From Candidatus Poribacteria bacterium (GTDB lineage: Bacteria > Poribacteria > WGA-4E > GCA-2687025): a stretch of DNA of 64,000 bases. The notes below the pieces were generated by a model. The model was not told where the DNA came from, did not search any database, and saw only the letters and a list, made by a program, of their open reading frames with translations. The stretch is from contig OY762492.1 in assembly GCA_963665845.2 (NCBI GenBank), forward strand, positions 928,001-992,000, written 5' to 3'. Numbering within the stretch: the first letter of the stretch is position 1; every line of letters starts with the position of its first letter. Shown piece by piece: positions 31,371 to 41,745 of this stretch. The position numbers and the translations under genes are program-made.

Positions 31371-33638
31371 ATGAAAGCGACAGTATTTTTAATGAGCGCG
31401 TTGACGCTGTTTTTTGCGGCGGCGGCGGAGAGCGGCGGCGTTCCTGTGTACGTGGAAGCGACCACTCTGACGCGCGACACCGGCCATTGGGGAAACATCA
31501 AATCCGCCGTTTTTTCTCCAGACGGCAAGACGCTCGCGACCGTCGGATACGACAGCCGTATCATTCTATGGGACGCCGACACAGGGCGCGTTAAAAGCCG
31601 CTTCTTCAGCCCAAACCCCCATAAAAGTCTTGCGTTTTCACCCAACGGCGCCGAGTTTGCCCACGGCGATCACAGCGAAGACATTCTCATTAGGGACGCC
31701 GAAACAGGGACGCTGAAAGCTGAACTCAAAGAACACGAGGATTCGATCCATACGCTCATCTATGGACGGGACGGCAAGACGCTTTTCAGCGCCGGCGACG
31801 GAATCCTGATGTGGGACGCCGAGAAGCGGGAACTGATCAAGAGTATTGGCGAACGTACCAATACGTACACCGCATTGACGTTATCGCCCGACGGCGAAAC
31901 AATCGCCGCCGCAATAAGAATCCGCGCCTACCTGAAAAGCGACTCCGCCATCGAATTGAGGCATGCCGATACTGGCGCGCTCAAGAAACAGATTGATCTA
32001 TCGGGCGTCTCTTCCATCAACCGCCTCTCCTTTTCTCCCGACAGCAGAAAGCTGGCGTCTGACGGCTCCAACGGGATCATAATGTGGGATGTTGAAACGG
32101 GCGGGGAAATTGGCGCCCTAGAGGAAGACAGCGGCGCCGATCTGGTTCAGTACTTGCCGGACGGAGAACGGCTTGCGTTCTTCTTAGACGGATCCTTGAT
32201 GGTCCGCGATCTCAAAACGGGGGAGCGCGTCCAAGTTATTTCCAGCCCCGCAGCCCCGTTTAGCAAGGCGATTTCGCCGGACGGGCAAAGAGCCGCGCTC
32301 AGCTTCTTTTTTGGCGCCGTCCAGGTCTGGAACCTGAACGACGGGAGCCTTCAGGCGGCGTTTGGAGGGAACGACACCGGACCTATTTATTCCGCCGCCT
32401 TTTCAAGAGACGGCAAAACGCTTGCCCTCGGCTGCGCCGACGGGGGCGTCCGCCTGTGGGATGTCCATACGCAGCGCTTGCTGCACAGGCTCTGGCAGGC
32501 GCCGTATACTTACTACCGCGTCAAATCGGTCGACTTTTCTAAAGACGGAAACACGGTTGCCGGCGCTAGTTATGTTGACATCGCTCTGTGGGATGTGGAA
32601 ACGGGGCGGTTCAAAAGAGCGCTCGGCGACGAATATAATCGTCATCACAGAAACTATGGTCCAGCCGTCTATTCGCCGGACGGAGAAACGATCGCAAGCA
32701 TTCGATACGATGACAGAGACGGCGGCCGCGTCACCATCATTGAGCTGCGAGACGCCGACACCGGCGAAGCGACCCAGGCGATCACGATCGGGGACGGATT
32801 GTATTGGCAGTCGTTCATGACCTACTCGCCCGACGGGCGGACGATTGCGTATGCAGGGTCCCAGTTCTTCAATGTTGAAACGGGGCGGCTCCGCGCAACC
32901 GTAACACATCATTCTCCCGCCTATTGCCTCGCCTATTCTCCGGACGGCGGAACCTTCGCTGTCGGGCATAGAGACGGAACGGTCGCGATCTGGAACGCGC
33001 AGACCTACAGGCGGATCCGAACGATACAGGCGCAGCCGATCACTGACCAGACGCCTAGATATTCCCGCTATGTCAATGCAGTTGCGTATTCGCCGAACGG
33101 GCGGACGCTTGCCAGCGGAGGCGTTGACGGACTGGTTCGGCTCTGGGGTACAGACAGCGGGAAGTTGAAAGCGGTTTTAAAAGGGCATGCGGGATCGGTC
33201 TATGCGCTTGCCTATTCGCCGGACGGGCGTTATCTCGTCAGCGGCGGCTCCGACGGCTCAGCTCAGCTGTGGAACATGGGCATCAACGGCGGCAAGCCGA
33301 TTCAATGGGCAGACATACGCCTCCCAGAAGAAGCAAACGCGCCCGCGGCCCCTGCCCTCCTGCAAAATTACCCAAACCCGTTCAACCCTGAAACATGGAT
33401 CCCCTTTGACCTGTCGGAAACCTCCACCGTCCGCATCGCCATCTACAACGGCGCGGGCGAGCTGATCCGCGCGTTAGACCTTGGAACGCTGCCGGCGGGC
33501 TACTATCGAAGCCGACAGAAAGCGGCTTACTGGGACGGACGCAACGACCTCGGCGAACGGGCGGCAAGCGGCGTCTACTTTGCGCGCATAGAGGCGGGAT
33601 CGTTCACGGCGCTTCGGCGCATGGTTCTGTTTAAATAA
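31371..33638 (+). CDS. Secreted WD40 protein with CTD, copy 5 (755 aa)
   Basis: MKATVFLM signal peptide; WD repeats; same tail. Confidence 0.92.
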   Translation: MKATVFLMSALTLFFAAAAESGGVPVYVEATTLTRDTGHWGNIKSAVFSPDGKTLATVGYDSRIILWDADTGRVKSRFFSPNPHKSLAFSPNGAEFAHGDHSEDILIRDAETGTLKAELKEHEDSIHTLIYGRDGKTLFSAGDGILMWDAEKRELIKSIGERTNTYTALTLSPDGETIAAAIRIRAYLKSDSAIELRHADTGALKKQIDLSGVSSINRLSFSPDSRKLASDGSNGIIMWDVETGGEIGALEEDSGADLVQYLPDGERLAFFLDGSLMVRDLKTGERVQVISSPAAPFSKAISPDGQRAALSFFFGAVQVWNLNDGSLQAAFGGNDTGPIYSAAFSRDGKTLALGCADGGVRLWDVHTQRLLHRLWQAPYTYYRVKSVDFSKDGNTVAGASYVDIALWDVETGRFKRALGDEYNRHHRNYGPAVYSPDGETIASIRYDDRDGGRVTIIELRDADTGEATQAITIGDGLYWQSFMTYSPDGRTIAYAGSQFFNVETGRLRATVTHHSPAYCLAYSPDGGTFAVGHRDGTVAIWNAQTYRRIRTIQAQPITDQTPRYSRYVNAVAYSPNGRTLASGGVDGLVRLWGTDSGKLKAVLKGHAGSVYALAYSPDGRYLVSGGSDGSAQLWNMGINGGKPIQWADIRLPEEANAPAAPALLQNYPNPFNPETWIPFDLSETSTVRIAIYNGAGELIRALDLGTLPAGYYRSRQKAAYWDGRNDLGERAASGVYFARIEAGSFTALRRMVLFK

Positions 33639-33658
33639 GGCGGTTGAAAGGATACGTT

Positions 33659-35938
33659 ATGAAAGCGGCAGCGTTTTTAATGAGCGCATTGGCGCTGTTG
33701 GTTGCGTCTTCGGCGTCGGGCGTAGATGTTCAGGTGTATGAGGACGCAATCGATCTGTCGCGCAATACAGGTCATTGGGGATCTATTACAGCAACCGCGT
33801 TTTCTCCCGACAAAAAGACGCTTGCAACAGCCGCCTACGACGACTCGATCCTGTTATGGGACGTCGACGATGGGCGCATCCGAGGCCAACTAACTGGTCC
33901 TCAAGGATATGTCAGCGCGCTTGCGTATTCCCCCGACGGCTCCGAACTTGCTGCCGGCGACTCCGATGGAACCATTCAGATTTTGGACGCTGAAACGGGC
34001 GCGCTGAAAGCGACTCTTGAACAGCATGAGAAGCGGATCGATTCGCTGGCATATAGTTCGGACGGCAAGACGCTTCTCAGCGCCGGCGACGGAATAATGG
34101 TCTGGGACGCCGAGAAAAAGGAGCTGATCAAAAGTATCGGCGAACGTACCATAACGTACAGGGAACTGACGTTTTCGTCCGACGGCAGCGCGATCGCCGG
34201 CGTTCTCAAAGCCGACATCTTCGTAAATAGAACCGGCGCTATTGAATTGTGGGATGTCGACAGCGGCGCTCTCAAGAGGCGGATCGATCCAACGCATATC
34301 GACAACATCCGGTCGCTCTCTTTTTCTTCCGACAGCAGAACGCTTGCCGCCGCCGGTTTTCTCGGGATCAGGTTGTGGGATGTTGAAACCGGCGCGCCGA
34401 TCAACGCCTTAGAGGAATACAGCAGCGTCAGCGTCAGGAAGGTACATTTTTTGCCGGACGGGAAACGGATCGCGCTCTTTATTGGCAGATCAATTTATAC
34501 GCTTGATCTGAACACAGGCGAGCGGTTCCTCGTCATGACCAGCTTGATGACCTCAACCAGCGAGTCCATTTCGCTGGACGGAGAACGGGTCGCGCTCGGT
34601 TTTGGGGACGCCTCCGTTCAAATCTGGAACCTGAACGACAGGAGCCTGCATGCGGCGTTCGAATGCGACAATACAGGACCTGTTTGCTCTGCCGCTTTTT
34701 CGCGCGACGGCAAAACGCTCGCGGTCGGCTCCTATGACGGAAGCGTCCGCCTGTGGGATGTCCCGACGCTGCGCTTCCTGCACAAGCTCTGGCAGGCTCC
34801 ATATTCAAATCATTCTATCGATTTTTCTAAAGACGGAAAAACCGTCCTAGGCGCCAATTATACTGACGTCGCCCTGTGGGATGTGGAAACTGGACAATTT
34901 AAAAGAGCGTTCAATGTCGAACCCGGCAATGTAGAAAAATATGTCGCTCCGGCTGCCTATTCGCCGGATGGAAAAACGATCGCAAGCATTCGATATGTTT
35001 ACAGGGACACCGGCGTCAGAGATGTCATTGAGCTTCAGGACGCCGACACCGGCGAGACGATCCAACAGATATCGATCGGGGGCGGGTTTTATTCACGGGG
35101 ACTCATGGACTACTCGCCGGACGGGCGGACGATTGCGCTTGCGGGTTCGCTGTTTTATAACGTTGAAACGGGGCGGCTCCGAGCGACTGTCACGCACCAT
35201 TCCATTCCCGATTGCTTCGCGTATTCGCCGGACGGCGGAGCCTTCGCTGTCGGACATCGAGACGGAACGATCACCATCTGGAACGCGCAGACCTACAAGC
35301 GGATCCGGACGATCCAGGCGCATCCCGTCTATAACCATGCGCCTAGATATATCCGCTACGTTGAAGCGGTTGCGTATTCGCCGGACGGTCAGACGCTCGC
35401 CAGCGGGGGCGACGACGGGCTGGTTCGGCTCTGGCAGACTGAAACGGGCGGGCTGAAAGCGATTTTGAAAGGGCATACGAGATGGGTTGAGGCGCTCGCG
35501 TATTCGCCGGACGGGCGTTATCTTGTCAGCGGCTCCTACGACGGAACCCTGCTGCTCTGGAACATGCGCCGAGGCGAACAGACGCCGATTCAATGGGCGG
35601 ACATACGCCTCCCAGAAGAAGCGCCGGAAGACGCAAACGCGCCTGCGGCCCCTGCCCTCCTGCAAAATTACCCAAACCCGTTCAACCCTGAAACGTGGAT
35701 CCCCTTCGACCTGGCGGAAACCTCCGCCGTCCGCATTTCCATCTACAACGGCGCGGGCGAGATGATTCGCAAATTAGACCTTGGGACGATGCCGGCGGGC
35801 TACTACCGAAGCCGACAAAAAGCGGCTTACTGGGACGGACGCAACGACCTCGGCGAACGGGCGGCAAGCGGGATCTACTTTGCGCGCATAGAGGCGGGGT
35901 CGTTCACGGCGGTTCGGCGCATGTTCCTTTTAAAATGA
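33659..35938 (+). CDS. Secreted WD40 protein with CTD, copy 6 (759 aa)
   Basis: MKAAAFLM signal peptide; WD repeats; same tail. Confidence 0.92.
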   Translation: MKAAAFLMSALALLVASSASGVDVQVYEDAIDLSRNTGHWGSITATAFSPDKKTLATAAYDDSILLWDVDDGRIRGQLTGPQGYVSALAYSPDGSELAAGDSDGTIQILDAETGALKATLEQHEKRIDSLAYSSDGKTLLSAGDGIMVWDAEKKELIKSIGERTITYRELTFSSDGSAIAGVLKADIFVNRTGAIELWDVDSGALKRRIDPTHIDNIRSLSFSSDSRTLAAAGFLGIRLWDVETGAPINALEEYSSVSVRKVHFLPDGKRIALFIGRSIYTLDLNTGERFLVMTSLMTSTSESISLDGERVALGFGDASVQIWNLNDRSLHAAFECDNTGPVCSAAFSRDGKTLAVGSYDGSVRLWDVPTLRFLHKLWQAPYSNHSIDFSKDGKTVLGANYTDVALWDVETGQFKRAFNVEPGNVEKYVAPAAYSPDGKTIASIRYVYRDTGVRDVIELQDADTGETIQQISIGGGFYSRGLMDYSPDGRTIALAGSLFYNVETGRLRATVTHHSIPDCFAYSPDGGAFAVGHRDGTITIWNAQTYKRIRTIQAHPVYNHAPRYIRYVEAVAYSPDGQTLASGGDDGLVRLWQTETGGLKAILKGHTRWVEALAYSPDGRYLVSGSYDGTLLLWNMRRGEQTPIQWADIRLPEEAPEDANAPAAPALLQNYPNPFNPETWIPFDLAETSAVRISIYNGAGEMIRKLDLGTMPAGYYRSRQKAAYWDGRNDLGERAASGIYFARIEAGSFTAVRRMFLLK

Positions 35939-36580
35939 GAGGCGCGCCGCTTCGACAGCCGACGCCAACTCCCGCGCCGCGTTCGTCAACAAGCCGAAAC
36001 TGCCCTCGGCGATCCAGTCTCTCTTCGCCAGGGCGCTGCCGACGCCGACCGCCGCCGCCCCCGCCTTCAGATATTCTCCCGCGTTCGATGCGTCAATCCC
36101 TCCCGTCGGGACAGGCGATAAGTGCGGCATCGGCGCCAAGATGTCTTTTAAAAAACGCGGACCGAGCAGGTTTGCAGGAAATATTTTTACAAAATTCGCC
36201 CCCGCTTCATGCGCCGTCAACGCCTCCGTCGGCGTGAAGGCGCCCGCCATGGACGGAACCTGATACCGCCGGCACACCTGCATGACCTCCGCCTTCACAA
36301 CCGGCGACACCACAAATTCAGCGCCCGCCAAAAGAGCCGCCCGCGCCGTCTCTCCGTCCAAAACCGACCCGACGCCGACGACCATCTCGCCAGTCGCCGC
36401 GCTGCGCGCCGCTTCAATCGCCGCGAGCGCGTTCGGCGTCGTCATCGTGATCTCCACAATATCAACGCCGCCCTCCGCCAGCGCCAGCGCCGTTGACACA
36501 AGCCGCTCGGAGCTGTCGGCGCGCAGAATAGCGACGACGCCCCGCTCTCGTATCCGCGCGCATAGATCATGATGGTTCAT
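35930..36580 (-). CDS. eda: KDPG/KHG aldolase
   Basis: VVAILR, VEITMTTP, GVGSVL, GAEFVVSP, TPTE, KIFPA, PTGGI; ATG 36580 overlaps the upstream stop (ATGA). Confidence 0.93.
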   Translation of the reverse strand: MNHHDLCARIRERGVVAILRADSSERLVSTALALAEGGVDIVEITMTTPNALAAIEAARSAATGEMVVGVGSVLDGETARAALLAGAEFVVSPVVKAEVMQVCRRYQVPSMAGAFTPTEALTAHEAGANFVKIFPANLLGPRFLKDILAPMPHLSPVPTGGIDASNAGEYLKAGAAAVGVGSALAKRDWIAEGSFGLLTNAARELASAVEAARLSF

Positions 36581-39500
36581 GGAGAGTCTCCTCCGTTTTC
36601 GTTTTGGACGGCGGCGGACGCTTGCCAAGCGCGAAAGGCGAGAAGCCCATCCTCGGCGTTCAGCAGCGGCAGAACCGCCGGCAGCGCCGCCTGCGCCTCC
36701 GCCCCCTCGTCCGCGATGGTTTGAAGCGCCGACAGGCGCGCCGCGAGCGGAACCTGCTCATCGGCGATCTTCTCGGACGCGAACGCGTACTCGCCCAGCT
36801 GGATCAGCGCTTTCAGGGCATACCGCCGAACGGCGGCGTCCGCGTCGTTTTCAAACGCTTCTTTCAGCGGTTCTACCGCCGCCGCATGCCTCATTTCGCC
36901 CAGCGCGAGCGGGACGTTCCGCCGCTCTTCGACGCTCCCCGCGTTTGTCAACAGGTCGATGAGAACGCCGCCGGCGCGCGTTCCGCCCGCATGTCCGAGC
37001 GACCGGATCGCATGCGCGCGAATATGCTTGTCTGCGTTGTTTTCGATGATGTCCAGAAGCGCGTCCGCCGTGTCCGTCCCTGGTATGCGCCCCATCGGCC
37101 GCGGCGCATGCCGCCGCGCGGCTACAGGCGCCCATTCATTCTCCGTCATCGTTTGAAGGGCGGGCAGCAGCCGGCGCGGCATCGGCAGATTTTGAGCCGC
37201 GCGCGCCGCCGCTTCCCAAAAAATATAATGGTCAACCGCCTCGATCTGTCCGAGCGTTCGCTCCGTCGGGTCTAAAAGTCGGTCCGCCAGCGCCTGGCTT
37301 GCCCGATTTCCCCCAATCTGCCCAAGCGAAACCGCCGCCGCGATGCGCGCGTCCCGCGACTCGCCGCGCGATTCCAGTATCCGCGCGAGCGCGCCCGCCG
37401 CCTCTTCAGCCCGCGCATTTCCGACCGCTTTGAGTACCGCCAGCCGAGTCAGCCCGATCTCTCTCGGCAGAAGTTCATACAAGGCATCGACCGCCTTCTC
37501 TCCGCCGATGAGACCGAGCGCGTCAATGGCGGCGATGCGAGTCGCTTCATCTTCCGAACGGCGCAGCGCAACGCGCGACAACGCCTCGGACGCCTCCTCG
37601 GCGCGAATCGTTCCAAGGGCTGTTGCCGCCGCCGCCCGTATGTTCGGATGGTTCGATTCCAGCGCTTCCATGAGCGACGCCGCCGACCTGCGCGCATAGG
37701 ACGCGCCGAGACTCCATGCCGCCGCCGCCCGTATGCGCGCCCGTTCCTTCTCGTCGGCGAGGATTCGCTGAAGCGGCTCCGCCCCCTTCACAAGACGGAT
37801 AAGTCCAAGCGCCTCCACGGCGCGCTGTCGGGCTGTCGCGCTTTCATCCGCCTCAATGATGCGCAGCGCTTCGTCGTAGGTCTGCGGCGCCTTGATACGC
37901 GCTAAAATGTCGATGGCAACCGCTCTCGTTTGCGCGTTTGGATGGCGCAGCGCGGGAAGCAGCGGCGCGGCAGAATCCGCCCCGTTGTCCAGAACGCGCG
38001 GCGCGCCCGCCGAAATCAACGACGCGCGCGCCTTTGTCGCTAAAGGCGAGGACATGTCTAAATCCCGATCGGTCAACACGTTTGCCAAACCTCGTATCGT
38101 GGAGTCGATCTTGATCTCGCGCAGGGAGTGGGCGGCGTTGACGCGCGTCGTTTCATAATCGTCTTCGCGTATCGCTTTGAGCAGCGCGCGGACGGCGTCT
38201 TCGCCGCGGTGTTTTTCCATCGCCGAAGCGCAGGCGGCGCGCACCGAGCCGACCTCGTCGTTCAGCATGGCGTCCATGAGCGCCTCTTTGCCCTTGGCGA
38301 TCTCCTTGAGCGCGAGCGCCGCCGCTTTTCGCACGGAGGCGCTCTGGTCGTTTTGAAGCGTTTCAACGAGCGCCTCTTCCGCCTCGGCGCCTTTGATCTT
38401 GCGGTATGCGTGGACAATCTCGGTTCGCGCCAGGCTCGGTATCGCCTTCACTTCGCGGAAGCTGCGGTAACCAGCCGTCCATCCCATGCGCTTCCATTCG
38501 TCGTTGAGGCGGTTTTCGTTTCCGTAAAGCTGCTTGATTCTGCGCAGAAAATCTTTCTGGTCTTCGCGCCCGATGCGCAGTATTTCGCGCATGGCGGGGG
38601 CGGCGTCTTCGGCGTCCGCGCCGAGGTCGCCGAGAGCGAGAGCCGCCGCTTTTCGCAAAGTGTCCGGCTCTTTTTCGTCTAAAAGAACGGTCAACAGCGC
38701 GCGCGAAGCCCCCGGCGGTTTGACGCGGCTCAACGCCTGCACAGCGGCGGCGCGGGCGCTTTCGCGGTAACCTCTCGACACCGCCGTTTCGCGGTCGACA
38801 GCCGACAATAGCCACTCGGTCGAACCGCTTTCTTTAAAGGCGCTCAAAGCGTTCACTGCGGCGAGACGCGCGCGCGGATCCCGCGCCGACAACAGCGCCT
38901 TGTCGACCCGCTCAACAGCCTCCCGCGGGCGCATCGTTTCTAGCGCGGCGATCACAGCCGCTTGCGCTTCCGCCTCCCGTTCGTTTTCCACCCGTTTTAA
39001 TAAGGCGGGCGCCGCGTCCAGATCGTTCATATTTCCAAGCAGTTTCACCGCCGCGGCGCGAATGCGTATGTCCGCGTCGTCCAGATATTCCATCAGAAGC
39101 GGAAGCGAGGGGTTTCCGAACGCTTGCAGCGCCGACGACGCGGCGGAACGCAGATCGTCGTTGGCGAAGGCGTCCGCAAAGAGGTTGAGCGCGCGCTGGC
39201 GCTGAAGATCGCTCATGACGGTCGCTTCGCGCAGATTGACGAGAACATCCGCCGCTTGCCCGAACAGAGCGCGCCGTCTTGCCGCCTCTCTGTCAGGGTC
39301 AAAAACGGCGACCGCGGAGAGCTGGGCGGTCTCCCATCCGCCTTCCAGCAGCTCCAACAGCGGCGGAATGGAGGCGTCGCGCAGCGAGACGAGAGCCGCC
39401 GAGGCGCGTTCAATCACATAGGCGTTGTCGTCGCCGAGGCGCTGAATGAGCGTCGGTACCGCTTCGCCCACGAGCGCGGGGCGCCGCAGCAGTTCTAGCG

Positions 39501-40314
39501 CGAGCAGGTCTGCCGCCTGCGCGCGCGCCCGCGCCGAGCCGACCGCATAGGAGCCGTCCGCGTTGAGCCGCAGCATTTCCATGAGCGCGCGCGCCGCTTC
39601 GGGCGCGTTGATTTTATAAAGCGCGCCGGGCAGCTCATACAGCGGTTCTGCCGCCGTTTCAACGCCGATGCGCCGCCGCAGCGGTTCCGCATCCTCCGCG
39701 TTTTGAAGCCTTCCCAGAAAATGTACCGCTTGCGCCCGCGCGGTCGGGCCGCCGCTTTCGAGCGCCTTCAGCAGAAACGGTCGGGCGCTGCCTCCGAGAG
39801 TCTGCAAGAGTTGGCGCGAGTCGTTCAGCGCCTGCGGATGCAGCGCCTTGCCGGCAAGAAGCGCCGTCTCCGCCGTCCAGTCGGCATGGCTGCGCAGCTC
39901 TTCGTCCGGGCGCGCCGCGAGAAAAGCGGCGAGGCTCCGCGCCGCCGTATCGCGGGCGGAATTGAGCAGCCGAACCGTTTGCGCCTCTCGGTTGTCGATC
40001 TCCTCCGCCTTCGCGCGCGTTTCGATGGCGCGCGCGAAGGCGTCCGCCCCCCGCAGCTGTTTCAGGATGTCAGGGTACGCCTGTTCCCAGTCGCTGGGCA
40101 TGAAGAGCGACATCTGTACAGCGCCGCTGAGTTCGGTCGAAAAAGCGCCGACGCCGTTCAGCAGCTCGGCGATTTTTTCAGGTTCAGCGCCGCGTTCCAC
40201 GGCGCGGCGAACTTTGTAAAGCGCCGCTTCGTCGTTGGACCCGCAGGCGGCGACGGCCGCCGCCATGACGCACACGGCGGCCGTCCGCCAAAATGTTGTG
40301 TGGATGCTGCGCAT
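36577..40314 (-). CDS. Large HEAT/PBS-lyase repeat lipoprotein
   Basis: Lipobox VAAC after a signal peptide; numerous R..AA.ALG.I repeats; start set at MRSIHTT. Confidence 0.88.
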   Translation of the reverse strand: MRSIHTTFWRTAAVCVMAAAVAACGSNDEAALYKVRRAVERGAEPEKIAELLNGVGAFSTELSGAVQMSLFMPSDWEQAYPDILKQLRGADAFARAIETRAKAEEIDNREAQTVRLLNSARDTAARSLAAFLAARPDEELRSHADWTAETALLAGKALHPQALNDSRQLLQTLGGSARPFLLKALESGGPTARAQAVHFLGRLQNAEDAEPLRRRIGVETAAEPLYELPGALYKINAPEAARALMEMLRLNADGSYAVGSARARAQAADLLALELLRRPALVGEAVPTLIQRLGDDNAYVIERASAALVSLRDASIPPLLELLEGGWETAQLSAVAVFDPDREAARRRALFGQAADVLVNLREATVMSDLQRQRALNLFADAFANDDLRSAASSALQAFGNPSLPLLMEYLDDADIRIRAAAVKLLGNMNDLDAAPALLKRVENEREAEAQAAVIAALETMRPREAVERVDKALLSARDPRARLAAVNALSAFKESGSTEWLLSAVDRETAVSRGYRESARAAAVQALSRVKPPGASRALLTVLLDEKEPDTLRKAAALALGDLGADAEDAAPAMREILRIGREDQKDFLRRIKQLYGNENRLNDEWKRMGWTAGYRSFREVKAIPSLARTEIVHAYRKIKGAEAEEALVETLQNDQSASVRKAAALALKEIAKGKEALMDAMLNDEVGSVRAACASAMEKHRGEDAVRALLKAIREDDYETTRVNAAHSLREIKIDSTIRGLANVLTDRDLDMSSPLATKARASLISAGAPRVLDNGADSAAPLLPALRHPNAQTRAVAIDILARIKAPQTYDEALRIIEADESATARQRAVEALGLIRLVKGAEPLQRILADEKERARIRAAAAWSLGASYARRSAASLMEALESNHPNIRAAAATALGTIRAEEASEALSRVALRRSEDEATRIAAIDALGLIGGEKAVDALYELLPREIGLTRLAVLKAVGNARAEEAAGALARILESRGESRDARIAAAVSLGQIGGNRASQALADRLLDPTERTLGQIEAVDHYIFWEAAARAAQNLPMPRRLLPALQTMTENEWAPVAARRHAPRPMGRIPGTDTADALLDIIENNADKHIRAHAIRSLGHAGGTRAGGVLIDLLTNAGSVEERRNVPLALGEMRHAAAVEPLKEAFENDADAAVRRYALKALIQLGEYAFASEKIADEQVPLAARLSALQTIADEGAEAQAALPAVLPLLNAEDGLLAFRAWQASAAVQNENGGDSP

Positions 40315-40422
40315 GCGCGCCCCTCTCTTGAAACCGATCCTAATGCAGAAAACGCGCCGGCGGCTCTTCAACCCTGCAATTCTGGATCAGACGCAAGCTC
40401 CGCTCTGTCAAGTTTGCCCGCT

Positions 40423-41130
40423 CTATTTGATCTTTGCCATAAGGATGCTGGTGAGCAGTTCCACCTTCGCTTCGAGCGCCACGACGCGCATTTCAAGGCT
40501 TCGGACATCGGGCGCGGCGGATGTCGGCGCAGGCGCTGGAGCCGGCGCTGGAGCCGGCGGCGTTTCAACGGCGGCGGCGGGCAGGAGCGGTTCGATCGGC
40601 GTTTCTTCCTCTTTCACTGCAGGTTCAGGCGTCGGCTCCAGTTCAGGTTCAGGTTCCGGCTCCGGCTCCGGTTCAGGCTCCGGTTCAAAGGTGCGCCCTT
40701 CCAGGTAGCGCTCGTTCCCCTCGCCGCCAAACTCGCTGAACGCGTCCAGCGCGGAGATGACCGTTTCGGCTCCGAGCTTCAGCCCGACTTGTTCAACCAG
40801 CGCATCCTGTATCTCGCTGATGGACATCGGCGCTCTCGCCTCTTCAAACATTTGATGAAGGCTCTGGTACAGGTTGGGTCCGCCGCGCCGCACGGTTAAG
40901 CGGGCGGGCGAGCTCTCAACGAGTTGGACAAGTTCTTTCAGCACCTCGTTGACATCGAACATATAACGAAAGCGCGAGGATTCGGTGCCGGGGTGAAGCG
41001 GAATCTGTACGGCTCCGATTTCGCCGTCTCTGGCGCGGGCGCGTATGGTGAGATCGCTGCCTCTTCCGAGTATCGTTTTCACATCTGCAATCGGCACGCG
41101 ACGCGCGCCTTCCACCATTTCTTCAGGCAT
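40423..41130 (-). CDS. Hypothetical protein with (PE)n/(PA)n linker and C-terminal coiled coil
   Basis: GAAAGGA RBS before ATG 41130; EPEPEP repeat; plausible composition. Confidence 0.7.
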   Translation of the reverse strand: MPEEMVEGARRVPIADVKTILGRGSDLTIRARARDGEIGAVQIPLHPGTESSRFRYMFDVNEVLKELVQLVESSPARLTVRRGGPNLYQSLHQMFEEARAPMSISEIQDALVEQVGLKLGAETVISALDAFSEFGGEGNERYLEGRTFEPEPEPEPEPEPEPELEPTPEPAVKEEETPIEPLLPAAAVETPPAPAPAPAPAPTSAAPDVRSLEMRVVALEAKVELLTSILMAKIK

Positions 41131-41178
41131 GCGGTTCCTTTCATTTAAAAAAACATGCTCGCAACGACGCATAGCGAT

Positions 41179-41208
41179 ATGATATGCTATTCAATATGTT
41201 TATGTCAA
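41179..41208 (-). promoter_or_regulatory. Sigma-70-like promoter with overlapping imperfect palindrome
   Basis: Minus strand TTGACA-18 nt-TATCAT; ATAGCGATATGATATGCTAT dyad at 41170-41190. Confidence 0.55.
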
Positions 41209-41219
41209 CAGCGGCGCTT

Positions 41220-41676
41220 CTGACCTTAAGGCTTTAGTTGGGGTAAGTCGGCGAATGCGCGCGATGACGACCGATAGGGCGCGGGGTTTCTAGACTCCCC
41301 TTGAAAAGGGGGTTTCTAAACTCCCCCTTGAAAAGGGGGGCTGGGGGGTTTTTTTAGCCGCGCCCAAAATGCATGTCCTCGCGGGCATGTCCTCGTAAAA
41401 ACGGGGAAGCGGGGAAGGGAGCGCGCGGGTTGCGCTTGGTTTTGAACTAGGATTTTCAGGATTTTGAGATGCGGCATGTGGTGGGCGGTGTGTCGGTTTT
41501 TAGCAATTCTCCTGGCAATCTTTTCAATCATGCAAATCTTAGTTCAAACAGCAGACGGTTTCGGGTTCGCCTCTAGATTCCCGCTTGCGCGGGAATGACG
41601 GCGTGTTGGCGACGCTTTTTCCCATGAAGAAAGGCTTTAGTCGTAACAACTGTCCCAACTTAAGACGTGATGTCAG
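41220..41676. mobile_element. MITE-bounded composite repeat region
   Basis: Ends CTGACCTTAAGGCTTTAGTTGGG and TGTCCCAACTTAAGACGTGATGTCAG are imperfect inverted repeats; the right ~125 bp is an inverted homolog of 57779-57910; interior holds several palindrome modules. Confidence 0.7.
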
Positions 41677-41745
41677 GGGTTCTGAATTGCGTTTCGCGCG
41701 CCGATGCGCTACAATCGATTCCATGAAACCCCGCGAGAGAGAACC

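Noticed and set aside
22133-35938. Diversity-generating retroelement as the source of WD40 variation
   Set aside because: No reverse transcriptase or template repeat in the window; differences include indels and are not evidently adenine-specific
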